A stretch of 64,000 nt of DNA, taken from NCBI GenBank assembly GCA_964612055.1, contig CAZTBI010000001.1, positions 420,824 to 484,823 of the forward strand. The letters run 5' to 3'. This document shows, piece after piece, positions 49,948-59,988 of this stretch (positions are counted from its first letter, which is position 1; each line of letters begins with the position of its first letter). Under the pieces are notes generated by a model, which worked only from the letters and a program-made list of their open reading frames with translations, was not told the origin of the DNA and did no database searches. Source of the DNA: an uncultured Bdellovibrionales bacterium (GTDB taxonomy: Bacteria; Patescibacteriota; Minisyncoccia; Moranbacterales; UBA1568). Position numbers and translations under genes: made by a program.

Positions 49948-50775
49948 TCAGAGGAGCGTGATGCCGCCGGTTTCCTTCAGATCCCAGCGTGGGCTCTTAG
50001 GATTGAGCGGCACCTTGGTACCGTCCTTCAGGATCACCACGATGTAGCCCTGGTCGTTGTTCGGCATGCCCAGGATATCGACGTAGTAGTCGCCATTCCC
50101 GGTCAAGGCCAAAGTGCCTCGTGCCGTGCTGTCATACCAATACGTCAACTCCGATATCCACTGGACGTAGGCCACGGCCAATGGGTCGACCCGGTACGCC
50201 AGACCGCCCAAGACGTTGGCACCAAAGTCGATGTGGAGCTTGTCCGGTGAAACGAACGTGATGCTCCCCAGATGGTAGTCACCGTACTGGAGAGCTCCAT
50301 CACTGGTGATCACGATCTTCGCGCCGGTCACATCCCAGCGGCTGTCCTTCTCACTGATGGCAAACGCCACGGGCTCGCCGGTCTTCAGGATGATTCGGAA
50401 GTAGCCCTCGTCGGCATGAGCCGTGTTTGGCAGAACCGTCGTCCCGCTCGGATCGAATGGTGCCCGAGCCAGGGAGTCCTCCCAGCCGACCAAACCCGAA
50501 ATGAACTCTACTTCCCCCACTTCTTCGGGCTTAATGATCCTCGTGGGATCATCCTTCCCTGTGGTCGGGTTCTTCGTTGCCATCCCCAGGAGATGTTCCT
50601 GGGACAGATCGAACTTCACCGTGATGACATCCGACCCGATACCAATCTTCCCGCCTTTTTGCCAGGCAGGAAATGCCCGATCAGGACCGGTATCACCACC
50701 GCCACCACCGCAAGCTGCAAGCAGCACGGACAGCGACAGAGCAAGCAAGAAAGAAAGTACGCTGTGCCTCTTCAT
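49948..50775 (-). CDS. Lipoprotein of unknown function
   Basis: LLAACGGGGG lipobox; GGAGG RBS. Confidence 0.85.
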   Translation of the reverse strand: MKRHSVLSFLLALSLSVLLAACGGGGGDTGPDRAFPAWQKGGKIGIGSDVITVKFDLSQEHLLGMATKNPTTGKDDPTRIIKPEEVGEVEFISGLVGWEDSLARAPFDPSGTTVLPNTAHADEGYFRIILKTGEPVAFAISEKDSRWDVTGAKIVITSDGALQYGDYHLGSITFVSPDKLHIDFGANVLGGLAYRVDPLAVAYVQWISELTYWYDSTARGTLALTGNGDYYVDILGMPNNDQGYIVVILKDGTKVPLNPKSPRWDLKETGGITLL

Positions 50776-50877
50776 GGCAACCTCCGTGTTGAGTGAAAGA
50801 ACAGGCCATCCTCCTCAAGAAATCTGTTTTTGAAGTGGACTGAGTATCATACCTCAAAACCACTCTTCTGTAAAGAA

Positions 50878-50923
50878 TCAGTAAAAGAAAAAACGCCTCG
50901 CCCGTTATGAAACGAGAGAGGCG
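50878..50923 (-). terminator. Terminator repeat, copy 2
   Basis: Near-identical to 49880-49925. Confidence 0.8.
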
Positions 50924-50940
50924 TGGTGATCGCTTTCCGA

Positions 50941-52062
50941 TCAGTTGCAGCTGTACTTCAGCTTGTAGTCCGTGGTGTCGAAGGTCGCCGTGACGCTCGG
51001 GTCCGACAAGAGTGTCCAAATCGGCGGGCCAGCGAACCAGCCGAAACCGAAGGGGCCGACCTCGTCCTGTTCCGGATCGTAGGTCACGGTGCCGTCGTCA
51101 TGCTTCGTTCCCTGAAGCCCTGTGACATTGCCGTTGCCTTGGCACGGCAGGTTCGGGAATTCGAAGTAGAAGTTCCCGGTACCTTCGTCAAAGAGGATGG
51201 GTACCAAGTGAGCTGAGGGCGCCACGGCGTTGCCATCCTTGTCCGTCCAGGGAATGTAGCCCCAGCCGTCCTTGCCATCGGCACCGGCCGTATCAGCATT
51301 CCAGTTGAACGCAAGTGGGTGGTTCTCCAGGTCGAAGGTGTCGATATCGACCAAGTGGTCGTTCTTCCCGAAGCCGCCGGCGCAGTTCGATCCGAAATCG
51401 AATCGGAACTTCGCCGTGCCATCGGCATTCTTCATGCCTTTGAACGTGGCACCCTGGTAGTCACCCCAGTTGATCTGGCCGCCGTTGTCGAGCACCACGC
51501 CCGGCAGACCAGCTGGATCGATCGTGAACTTACGTTCCGATGTCAGATCCATCCAAAGCGGCACGTCGCCCGTCGACTTGAGGTAGGCCGTGTAGAACAC
51601 GACGTCCCGGTTGCAGGTGCCAGGCAAAGCGACCGTATTGGTCTCCAGGTCCGGTGCCGCACAGGCCCGCGACACATTGCCGTTGATCGAGAGCCCCACC
51701 TGGAACGAGTTGGCGCAGATCTTGTCGAGATCCGCCGGATCGATCAGGTAGGTACCTGCTTCATCCGACCAGCCGTAGTAGAAAAGGCCGTCTTCCGTAC
51801 GGTTCAGACCGATGAACTGGCTGACCGGTGTCGCCAAGATGGATCCTGCCGACGTGACCGGCAGGGTATCACCTTCTGCCGCGACCTTGTTCTGGGCGAG
51901 GATATGAGCCTGCCCGAACTGGCTCTTGATGGTGACATCCACTGCCTTGGGCGGCGGATCTCCTTGGACAGGTGGTTCCGTGCTGGCACCACCGCCACCA
52001 CCGCAGGCCGTGAGAGCTGCCAGGATACCTGGCAGAATGAAGTAAGTTGTGAACGAACGCAT
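50941..52062 (-). CDS. Lipoprotein of unknown function (distant paralog of 49948-50775)
   Basis: ATG 52062 with GGAGG RBS; LTACGGGGG lipobox; shared GDY...DFG.N..GG motif. Confidence 0.85.
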   Translation of the reverse strand: MRSFTTYFILPGILAALTACGGGGGASTEPPVQGDPPPKAVDVTIKSQFGQAHILAQNKVAAEGDTLPVTSAGSILATPVSQFIGLNRTEDGLFYYGWSDEAGTYLIDPADLDKICANSFQVGLSINGNVSRACAAPDLETNTVALPGTCNRDVVFYTAYLKSTGDVPLWMDLTSERKFTIDPAGLPGVVLDNGGQINWGDYQGATFKGMKNADGTAKFRFDFGSNCAGGFGKNDHLVDIDTFDLENHPLAFNWNADTAGADGKDGWGYIPWTDKDGNAVAPSAHLVPILFDEGTGNFYFEFPNLPCQGNGNVTGLQGTKHDDGTVTYDPEQDEVGPFGFGWFAGPPIWTLLSDPSVTATFDTTDYKLKYSCN

Positions 52063-52231
52063 GATTTCCTCCGAATGAGGGTTGAGGGGACTCGCGTCCC
52101 CTTCAGGTATACGCTTTGCTTTCGCCGCGTAACCCCTCATGAGGACCCTTCAGCGTACAAGGAAACCGATGTTTTGTCAATAGGGACAGCAGAATGCTAT
52201 ACTAGTGGCATAAACTTTCAGAATTTCCTCT

Positions 52232-53566
52232 ATGAAACCAGAAATCTTCAAAGCCTACGATATCCGGGGCATCTACCCGACCGAGATCAACGAAGATGAT
52301 GCTTACCATATCGGCCGAGCTGTGGTGGAACATTTACAACCGAAAGTGCTCGGTGTTGGTCGTGATATAAGGGAGTCTTCTCCGCGTCTGTTCGAAAGCT
52401 TTGCGAAAGGTGTCATGGATGGTGGCGCTAACGTTATCGACCTCGGTATCATCACCACGCCGATGGTGTACTTCGCGGCAGGACGACTCGATATCGACGC
52501 CGCTGTTTCACTGACTGCCTCACATAATCCTCCAGAATACAACGGCTTGAAAATTGCTCTCCGTGGCGCTGTCCCAGTCGGAGAAACCACCGGTCTGCGA
52601 GAAATTCGTGACCTCGCGCTCAAACAAGAATGGCCAACCATCACCGAACGAGGAACCATGACCAGCGAAGATGTGAAACACGCCTACTATGGCTACTTCG
52701 CTTCCTTTGCCGACTTCAAAGGCAAACACTTCACTCTCGCTATTGATACCGCCAACTCCATGGGAGTCTTTGAGCTTCCTATCTATGAGCAGTTCGCTGA
52801 AAACCTCTCTGTCGTCAATCTCTACAACGATCTCGATCACCCTTTCGAATGTCACGAGGCCAATCCGCTCAAGACCGAGACACTTGATGAACTGCGCGCT
52901 AAAGTAACTGAGATCCACGCTGATCTTGGTATCGCCTACGATGGCGATGCGGATCGCGTCGGATTTGTTGATGAAACTGGAACCGTCATTCCTATGGATC
53001 TGACCACCGGACTCATTGCCAAGACCATCCTGAAACACAATCCTGGCCGCACCGTCCTCTATGATTTGCGCTCTTCCAAGGCCGTCAAAGAAATTATCGA
53101 AGAAAATGGAGGTGTCGCCAAAGAATGCCGCGTCGGGCACGCCTATATCAAACGCCAAATGACCGAGGAAGGAGCTGTGTTTGCCGGCGAACTTTCTGGC
53201 CACTACTACTTCCAAGAAAATTCCAACGCCGAAGCCAGTACCTTGGCCGCCCTCCTTCTTCTCAATCTCATGGCTGAAACCGGCAAACCAATCTCTGAGC
53301 TCGTTTCAGAACTCCGTCGCTACAGTCATTCCGGGGAGATCAATAGTGAGGTCGCTGACAAAAATGCTGTGCTTACTACCCTGAAAACTAAATATGCCGA
53401 TGGTAAACAACATGAACTCGATGGCTTGAAAGTGGAATATGAAGACTGGTGGTTTAATGTTCGTCCGTCCAACACCGAGCCCCTGCTCCGTCTCAATCTC
53501 GAGGCCAACACGCCGGAACTGATGGAAGAAAAGAAAACCGAACTTTTGGCACTCATCCGAGGATAA
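52232..53566 (+). CDS. Phosphomannomutase/phosphoglucomutase
   Basis: IFKAYDIRG, TASHNP, DGDADR, GELSGH, RPSNTEP. Confidence 0.96.
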   Translation: MKPEIFKAYDIRGIYPTEINEDDAYHIGRAVVEHLQPKVLGVGRDIRESSPRLFESFAKGVMDGGANVIDLGIITTPMVYFAAGRLDIDAAVSLTASHNPPEYNGLKIALRGAVPVGETTGLREIRDLALKQEWPTITERGTMTSEDVKHAYYGYFASFADFKGKHFTLAIDTANSMGVFELPIYEQFAENLSVVNLYNDLDHPFECHEANPLKTETLDELRAKVTEIHADLGIAYDGDADRVGFVDETGTVIPMDLTTGLIAKTILKHNPGRTVLYDLRSSKAVKEIIEENGGVAKECRVGHAYIKRQMTEEGAVFAGELSGHYYFQENSNAEASTLAALLLLNLMAETGKPISELVSELRRYSHSGEINSEVADKNAVLTTLKTKYADGKQHELDGLKVEYEDWWFNVRPSNTEPLLRLNLEANTPELMEEKKTELLALIRG

Positions 53567-53598
53567 AGAAACAAAGCGCCCGCTCCCTTTCTCGGGCG
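53567..53598 (-). terminator. Terminator oriented for a minus-strand transcript
   Basis: CGCCCG/CGGGCG hairpin with the A-tract on the left of the + strand. Confidence 0.6.
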
Positions 53599-53600
53599 AT

Positions 53601-53788
53601 GAGTTTCCCAAAAATACCCTCCCTTTTCTTCCCCCATTGTTTCCGCCGAACATCCCTGACTCACTTCGTCGAACAGGGAGCTGTCGAGTCGAGACCATCC
53701 TGCCTACGCTCGACTGTTACCGGCGCGCTCATCACGGATGTGACCGTCGGAAACGGGAGAAAGAAAATGAAAGTATTTTTGGAAACTC
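53601..53788 (-). ncRNA. Candidate ~190-nt rod-like ncRNA with branched apex
   Basis: GAGUUUCCAAAAAUAC/GUAUUUUUGGGAAACUC closing stem extended by further pairing; + strand C-A mismatches are G-U pairs on the minus strand. Confidence 0.55.
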
Positions 53789-53800
53789 TCTCAATACATC

Positions 53801-53944
53801 GTTTTCCACTCCCAAGAATTCTCTTGGGCACGCCTGGAGCCGAAAGCATGGTCTTTCCGTTCTTACGGAAAGTTTCGGCGAAGAGTAGCGAAAACCCGCT
53901 GGGGTTTTCGTGGCACAAGAGAGTTGCTTGGGAGTGGAAGGAAC
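53801..53944. ncRNA. Structured three-way-junction motif, copy 2
   Basis: Homologous to 49731-49874. Confidence 0.6.
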
Positions 53945-54101
53945 AAAAAAACTTGCATAGTTTTTCGAGAAAGAGTAAAATAGTCACTAATGAACCATCT
54001 CATCCCCAAAGAAACCGCCTTTCGTAAAGCGTCGTAAGACCGCCACTGAGGCGGTTTTTTTCTGATTCAAAACTGTTCCTTTCCAAATTAGAGGAGAAGC
54101 T

Positions 54102-54404
54102 ATGACAAAGAATCCTACTCATCTCACTCTCTGGCTCACCGAAATCGACAAACTTAGGGAGAGGGGTGTCGTCATCTGTCCGCTCATGGGCCCAGACTAT
54201 CCAGCAGAGATCTGTGCCTGTGACATTCCAGAAACACGAGCTCATTTCTTCGCAGAGCAACCGGATGAACTCCTCTGTTGTGTCGGAAAATCCTGTCTTC
54301 CGACGTTGATTCACACTGATCTCGCCGGTGAAGAACGTAGCCCCAAGCCACCGCCCCGACTCAAACGACCACGAGGTTCATGGATCGCAGCGCTTCGCAA
54401 ATAG
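54102..54404 (+). CDS. Small Cys-rich orphan protein
   Basis: GAGGAG RBS; six Cys; bidirectional terminator at 54406-54443. Confidence 0.65.
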   Translation: MTKNPTHLTLWLTEIDKLRERGVVICPLMGPDYPAEICACDIPETRAHFFAEQPDELLCCVGKSCLPTLIHTDLAGEERSPKPPPRLKRPRGSWIAALRK

Positions 54405-54451
54405 CCAAAACCCGCCCCAGAAACTGGGAGCGGGATTTTTTTCTATAATTC

Positions 54452-55459
54452 CTAGTACGAGATCAGGCCAACTTTATCAAATACTTGGCGCATTTTCTCA
54501 CGAGCCATTGGCTTCACTTTTTCAGCTCCCGTTTTCAGAATTTCCAACACTTCGTCATCAGAGATGGCGGCCAGTCGTTCTTGAAACGGCGTCAAGAAAT
54601 TTACGACTACTTCCGCCAGATCGGTCTTGAAATCACCGTACCCTTTCCCGACATACATCGCCTCAATTTCTTTCGGAGTTTTCCCTGAAAGTAGAGAATA
54701 GATATTGATCAGGTTCCTGAGAGCTGGTTTCCCTGCCTCGGCGCTAGACGGGTCATCGCTATAAACAATTTCCGATCCACTATCAGTAACTGCCTTTTTA
54801 ATCTTACGCCGCACGGTATCAGCATTATCGGTCAGAGCAATATAATTATATTCACTGGTAGCCGACTTCGACATTTTCTTTGAGGGATCATCAAGCCCCA
54901 TAATAAGCTGTCCTTCCTTTGAAAGTTTCCCTTCTGGAATCACAAATGTTTCTCCAAAGCGCTTATTAAAACGCTCTGCCAAATCACGTGCCAGTTCGAT
55001 ATGCTGCATCTGGTCCTTTCCCACTGGTACGACATTTGTATCATAGAGCAAAATATCCGCCGCCATGAGTACCGGGTAAGTAAAGAGTCCAACGCCCGAC
55101 TCACTGGCTCCGCCCTTCTGGGCCTTGTCCTTGAACTGCGTCATACGCTCAAGCTCCGCCATGCGGGCGATAGTGTTCAAAATCCAGGCCAGCTGTGTAT
55201 GACCAGAAATATGCGACTGGATGAAGAGGGTTGATTTCTTCGGATCGATACCGGAAGCCAAATAGATCTTGGCAATTTCTAACGTCTTTTTACGAAGCTC
55301 CACGGGATCCTGGGGCACCGTGATGGCATGGAGATCAACAATACAGAAAATAGCTTCATTGTCCTCCTGAAGCTCGACCCACTGTTTGATGGCGCCTAAG
55401 TAATTCCCTAAATGGAGATTGCCTGATGGCTGAATTCCTGAAAAAAGCCTCTTTCCCAT
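54452..55459 (-). CDS. trpS: Tryptophan--tRNA ligase
   Basis: SGIQPSG.LHLGNY, YPVLMAADILLY, VPVGKDQ, KMSKS. Confidence 0.98.
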   Translation of the reverse strand: MGKRLFSGIQPSGNLHLGNYLGAIKQWVELQEDNEAIFCIVDLHAITVPQDPVELRKKTLEIAKIYLASGIDPKKSTLFIQSHISGHTQLAWILNTIARMAELERMTQFKDKAQKGGASESGVGLFTYPVLMAADILLYDTNVVPVGKDQMQHIELARDLAERFNKRFGETFVIPEGKLSKEGQLIMGLDDPSKKMSKSATSEYNYIALTDNADTVRRKIKKAVTDSGSEIVYSDDPSSAEAGKPALRNLINIYSLLSGKTPKEIEAMYVGKGYGDFKTDLAEVVVNFLTPFQERLAAISDDEVLEILKTGAEKVKPMAREKMRQVFDKVGLISY

Positions 55460-55495
55460 AGTCAAAATATCGTTTCGGTTAGTATAGCCATTGTA

Positions 55496-56512
55496 TCACA
55501 CCCGGGAAGCAGCTTTCGTAAGAGCAAGGTCAATAATCCGATCAAGAAGAAGCGGCATACTGATACCTGCAGCCTGCGCTTCTTTCGGGCAAAGACTCCC
55601 CTCTGTCAGGCCTGGTGAGGTATTGGTCTCAAGAAAATAGAGCTGCCCCGTCCCGTCCATACGAAAGTCAGAACGTGACAGACCGTCACAACCAAGCGTC
55701 CGATGCGCCAAAAGCGCTTCCTCTTGTATCCTCTGTGTCGTAAATTTATCAACTGGCGCGGGACACAGTTCCTGAGTCTCCTTGGAGAAGTACTTATCAT
55801 TAAAATCAAAAACCTTATTCTTGATGATGATCTCCACTGGAGGTAAGAGTATCAAATCGCGATCTGCCGTGTTGCCCAAAATACCACAGGTAAATTCACG
55901 GCCAAAAATGTAGCGCTGAACAATAACTTCCTTTGAGATCTGACGCGCCTTTTCCAAGGCCTCTCCAATTTCTCCTGGATTTTGAATCAATGTCAGACCG
56001 AGTGTCGAGCCGCTGTCATTGGGCTTAATAATGACTGGGTATCCAAATTCAGAGGCAATCCTCTCAGTAACAGCCACTTCTTCATCGTCATAGACACAGA
56101 AAAATTTCGGAACGACGACCTTGGCCTTGGTGACATGTTCCATTGTTTTCACCTTATCAATCGCCAACTGGCTAGCAGCCGCTCCGGAGCCGGTGTATGG
56201 AAGATCCAACTGATCGAGAAACTCCTGGAGCTGCCCATCCTCGCCATACTGACCGTGCAAAGCGTTAAAGAAAAGCTTAAAAGTTTTCAGAAAAGCTAAA
56301 TCCTCATCCTTTTTGAGATCGAGTACCCGTTTCGTGCCATCAGAAGCGTGTAAGCGCCATTCACTCTCGCTCACCACATCAATGAGGCTCGTCTCGTACT
56401 TCCCGTCATCGAGATACTTCATGACATTCTCTCCGGAAGCAAGTGAAATCTGCCGCTCGCCAGAGAAGCCGCCACACAGCACTGCTATCTTTAATTTTTC
56501 TCTTTCAGTCAT
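55496..56512 (-). CDS. ddl: D-alanine--D-alanine ligase
   Basis: GGFSGERQISL, ALHGQYGEDG, IIKP..SGS, ETNTSPG; start ATG 56512. Confidence 0.96.
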   Translation of the reverse strand: MTEREKLKIAVLCGGFSGERQISLASGENVMKYLDDGKYETSLIDVVSESEWRLHASDGTKRVLDLKKDEDLAFLKTFKLFFNALHGQYGEDGQLQEFLDQLDLPYTGSGAAASQLAIDKVKTMEHVTKAKVVVPKFFCVYDDEEVAVTERIASEFGYPVIIKPNDSGSTLGLTLIQNPGEIGEALEKARQISKEVIVQRYIFGREFTCGILGNTADRDLILLPPVEIIIKNKVFDFNDKYFSKETQELCPAPVDKFTTQRIQEEALLAHRTLGCDGLSRSDFRMDGTGQLYFLETNTSPGLTEGSLCPKEAQAAGISMPLLLDRIIDLALTKAASRV

Positions 56513-56591
56513 AGAAATACTAGAAGTACCCCTATTGTAGCACAAAAAAAACAGCCCTTACGGACTGTTTTTTTCTCTATTCCACCGAAGG

Positions 56592-58727
56592 TTAGACCTC
56601 GATGACTACTGGTAGAATCATTGGTCGACGCTCCGTCTTGGTGAAGAGGAACTGCCCCGTCACTTCACGGATTTCGTTTCGGACCATGTCCCAATCAATG
56701 GAGGTTTCCTTGGAAGTCGTGTCTTTCACCACTTTCTGGACTTTGCGCTTCACTTCGTTCACCAGGTCAAAATTCTCTTTGACATGGATGAAGCCACGCG
56801 AAGTCACCTGGATGTTACCGATAACATTCTTGGTCTTGGCATCGATAATGACGGTGATAACCACCATGCCCTCGGTCGCGAGCATCTGACGATCACGGAG
56901 CACCACGTGTCCGATGTCACCAATCCCGAGACCGTCGATGAAGACGTAGCTCGAGTCAGCTTTTTCGGCGATAAGGTGCGGGAAGCCATTACTTTGCTCT
57001 GGGACTTCCAGTACATGCCCGTTGTCCATGACAAAGACGTTCTTGTCCGGATAACCCAGACGGTAAGCGATCTTGGCTGCTTCTTTGATGAAGTAGTGGT
57101 TGGCGTAGACTGGGAGGATATACGTCGCTTTCACCTGACGGATGATTTCCTCAATCTCCCAAATCGTCCCATGGCCACCGACATGGATCTCCATGATATC
57201 ACTGTGGATCACGTTATCACACTTGCGATACAGGTTGTCCTTGAGGCGCTGGATACTCCGTTCATTTCCTGGGATCACCGAACTCGAGAAAACGATGGTG
57301 TCATTCTTTTGTAATTTGATGAAACGGTGATTGTCGGTCACGATACGTGAAAGAGCTGCATTCTGCTCGCCCTGAGCACCAGTACAGATAACAACAATCT
57401 GATTATCCGGATATTTGTGGATATCGTTTACGGTGATAAGCGTTTCTTTCTTCACCTTAATATAGCCAAGCTCCTTGGCCACTTCGATGTTCATCTTCAT
57501 ACTGTAACCCTCAAGCGCGACACGCTTGCCTTGCTTCTCGGCGTATTCAATCAGGTAAGCAATACGACGTACTTGCGACGCAAAGGTTCCGATGATAATA
57601 CGGCCAGGCGCGGTCCGGATGAGGTTCTGGAGATTAGTGTGGACTTCGGTTTCTGACGGCGGGAGACCCTTCTTGGTCGCTCCGAGACTTTCCAACATAA
57701 GGAAGGTCGGCTTCGGCAAAGATTCCAAGTGATTGTAAGAAACATCGGTTGGATCTACTGGTTCGTTACTGATCATCCAGTCACCCAAGTGAATGATAGA
57801 GCCATTCGGGGTCACCAAAGCGATACCCATAGCATCCATGATCGAGTGCTCGACTTCAAAGAAACGGACTTCGAAAACACCGAGCTTGATCCGATCATCC
57901 AAGGACTTCACGCGCACCATCTTGAGACGGGAGGCTGCGCCCTTTTCTTGATCTTCTACCTTGTGTTTGATAAGGGCCAAGGTGAAATCACGACCGACAA
58001 TGGTCGGATAATTCAACTGCTTGAGTAAAATCGGAGCCGCCCCGATATGATCGAGGTGACCATGAGTAAAGAGGACTCCACGGATGTTTTTTTCCTTCCC
58101 CTTCAGATAACTGACGTTTGGTACGATATAGTCGATACCCGGCATGTCTTCCTCTGGAAATTGGACGCCCATGTCGATGATGACGATATCATTACCATAT
58201 TCGAAAACGGTCATATTGCGACCGACTTCTTCCTGTCCGCCAAGCGGAATAATACGCAAAGTTTTTTCTGGAATAGTTGGCACTGCGGCACCCATTTTTT
58301 TCGGCTCCAAACGGTTTGGCATCGTCTGTTGGAAACGACGATTACCCCGACGGTTGCCACCGGCACCACCACTTCGTGATGGCCGAGAATTCTTCCCTGG
58401 CGCAGCCTTTTGCTGTCCCTGAGGTTTCGTCCCTGACTCAGTCTTCTTCACGAGTGGACGTGGGGCAGGTCGCTCTCCTTGAGCCTTGGCTGGGGCGCTT
58501 TGTACAGAATGAGCACTCCGAAGCTCTCTCCCTTTCGGGGCCTGCTGTCTCGCTACGATACCTTCAAAAGCTCCAATACCAGCGTTTTGCGGAAGAGTGC
58601 TTTTTTGATTATTTTTGCCATGATCAGCGGATGCTGCACGGCCAAGGCCATCAACCGGTCGAGTCGACCGATCTTTGCCTTGAAATGAATTATGCTGCTG
58701 CATACTGCGTTTTGGATTGCTTCCCAC
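56592..58727 (-). CDS. rnj: Ribonuclease J with long disordered N-terminus
   Basis: [31 protein letters not shown]; start may be ATG 58703. Confidence 0.96.
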   Translation of the reverse strand: MGSNPKRSMQQHNSFQGKDRSTRPVDGLGRAASADHGKNNQKSTLPQNAGIGAFEGIVARQQAPKGRELRSAHSVQSAPAKAQGERPAPRPLVKKTESGTKPQGQQKAAPGKNSRPSRSGGAGGNRRGNRRFQQTMPNRLEPKKMGAAVPTIPEKTLRIIPLGGQEEVGRNMTVFEYGNDIVIIDMGVQFPEEDMPGIDYIVPNVSYLKGKEKNIRGVLFTHGHLDHIGAAPILLKQLNYPTIVGRDFTLALIKHKVEDQEKGAASRLKMVRVKSLDDRIKLGVFEVRFFEVEHSIMDAMGIALVTPNGSIIHLGDWMISNEPVDPTDVSYNHLESLPKPTFLMLESLGATKKGLPPSETEVHTNLQNLIRTAPGRIIIGTFASQVRRIAYLIEYAEKQGKRVALEGYSMKMNIEVAKELGYIKVKKETLITVNDIHKYPDNQIVVICTGAQGEQNAALSRIVTDNHRFIKLQKNDTIVFSSSVIPGNERSIQRLKDNLYRKCDNVIHSDIMEIHVGGHGTIWEIEEIIRQVKATYILPVYANHYFIKEAAKIAYRLGYPDKNVFVMDNGHVLEVPEQSNGFPHLIAEKADSSYVFIDGLGIGDIGHVVLRDRQMLATEGMVVITVIIDAKTKNVIGNIQVTSRGFIHVKENFDLVNEVKRKVQKVVKDTTSKETSIDWDMVRNEIREVTGQFLFTKTERRPMILPVVIEV

Positions 58728-58829
58728 GCCCGAATTCAGAAAGAACTCAAGGGCTCAAGATATATCCATACCTAAAAATGATTTACACGAAAGAATCCTC
58801 TCTTTACACAAGAGAAAGCGTTTACGTTG

Positions 58830-58913
<84 letters not shown>

Positions 58914-58956
58914 CCGAAAATTTAAAACACGAAAGAACCCTCACCTAAAGAAGTGA

Positions 58957-59979
58957 CTAGAGCATCTTCTTCAAGTCTTCTACCATCGCGACCGGAGTCG
59001 GATCCTGGCCATATTCGAGAGCCAGGTAGTAAGAAGTGAAATCGCCTAAAGCGATATTCGTGAATACTCTACTATACACGCTTCCACCTTCCATGTCAAG
59101 TACCTCAACTTCTACCCCTTGTTTGCGCAATAATTCAGCCGTAATATCAATCCGTTTCAGGTTCTGCGGATGAGTCCCGGCATCCTTCAGCATAAGGACA
59201 AAAAACTTGCCTTGCGGTAGCGTCCAACCGACCATCTCATTGTGATTGAGTTCTGGAAAAAAATTCCAAAAAGCCGGCGTCTTGGCATTCTCATTGAATT
59301 TGATTTTCCACACCATGGCCACCGACTTGTATTTGGCTGTAGTGTAAATAACCGGTGTTTTTCCCACCAATTTCTTGGCAAGTTCCTTCCCCTGTTCCTC
59401 GAGAGCAGCCATACGCTCCCTAAGAGCCTTCGCCTCTTCGAGCAATGTCGCTGTCGTATCAGGTACCAGGCCTTGATTGACTAGGATTTGGAACATGACA
59501 CCAAAGAAATAACCGGTTCCGACACGTGGCTGAAAATTCTCATAGGGAATAGGTAGTTTCACGTGCGGAACGCCATGAGCTTTGGCCATCTCTTCAATCT
59601 TGCCACCGGCCGAAAGCGCGATACAGGGAAGATTACTCTTGAGCGCTTCTTCGAAAGAAGCGATGGTTTCTTCCGTATTGCCAGAGTAAGAACAGATGAA
59701 ATTCAAACATTCGTGAAAGCTTTCTGGCGGAAGACTATAAGAACGATTCTGATAAATAGCCAGAGGCTGATCATGCGGCCGCTCCATCCGGAACAAATCA
59801 TTCAAATAAATACGGAAGAGATTTCCTGGCAGCGCTGACCCGCCCATACCAGAAATCATGATGGACCGAAATTTCCCCGGGACACTCACACCCTGAGCCA
59901 AAGCGAAACCCTCCTGTAACTGCGCCCCACTCTCTATAATCATCTGACGGAGATCCGACTTGTCCAATTCGTTTTTCAT
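58957..59979 (-). CDS. Bifunctional phosphoglucose/phosphomannose isomerase
   Basis: GMGGSA, SYSGNTEET, NENAK, PELNHNE. Confidence 0.95.
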   Translation of the reverse strand: MKNELDKSDLRQMIIESGAQLQEGFALAQGVSVPGKFRSIMISGMGGSALPGNLFRIYLNDLFRMERPHDQPLAIYQNRSYSLPPESFHECLNFICSYSGNTEETIASFEEALKSNLPCIALSAGGKIEEMAKAHGVPHVKLPIPYENFQPRVGTGYFFGVMFQILVNQGLVPDTTATLLEEAKALRERMAALEEQGKELAKKLVGKTPVIYTTAKYKSVAMVWKIKFNENAKTPAFWNFFPELNHNEMVGWTLPQGKFFVLMLKDAGTHPQNLKRIDITAELLRKQGVEVEVLDMEGGSVYSRVFTNIALGDFTSYYLALEYGQDPTPVAMVEDLKKML

Positions 59980-59988
59980 ACGTTCAAT

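Noticed and set aside
53601-53944. Hammerhead, SRP, tmRNA or RNase P assignment
   Set aside because: No CUGAnGA/GAAA core in the right geometry, no SRP GGAAGGAAGCAG loop, no tRNA-like ends, no GAGGAAAGUCC.
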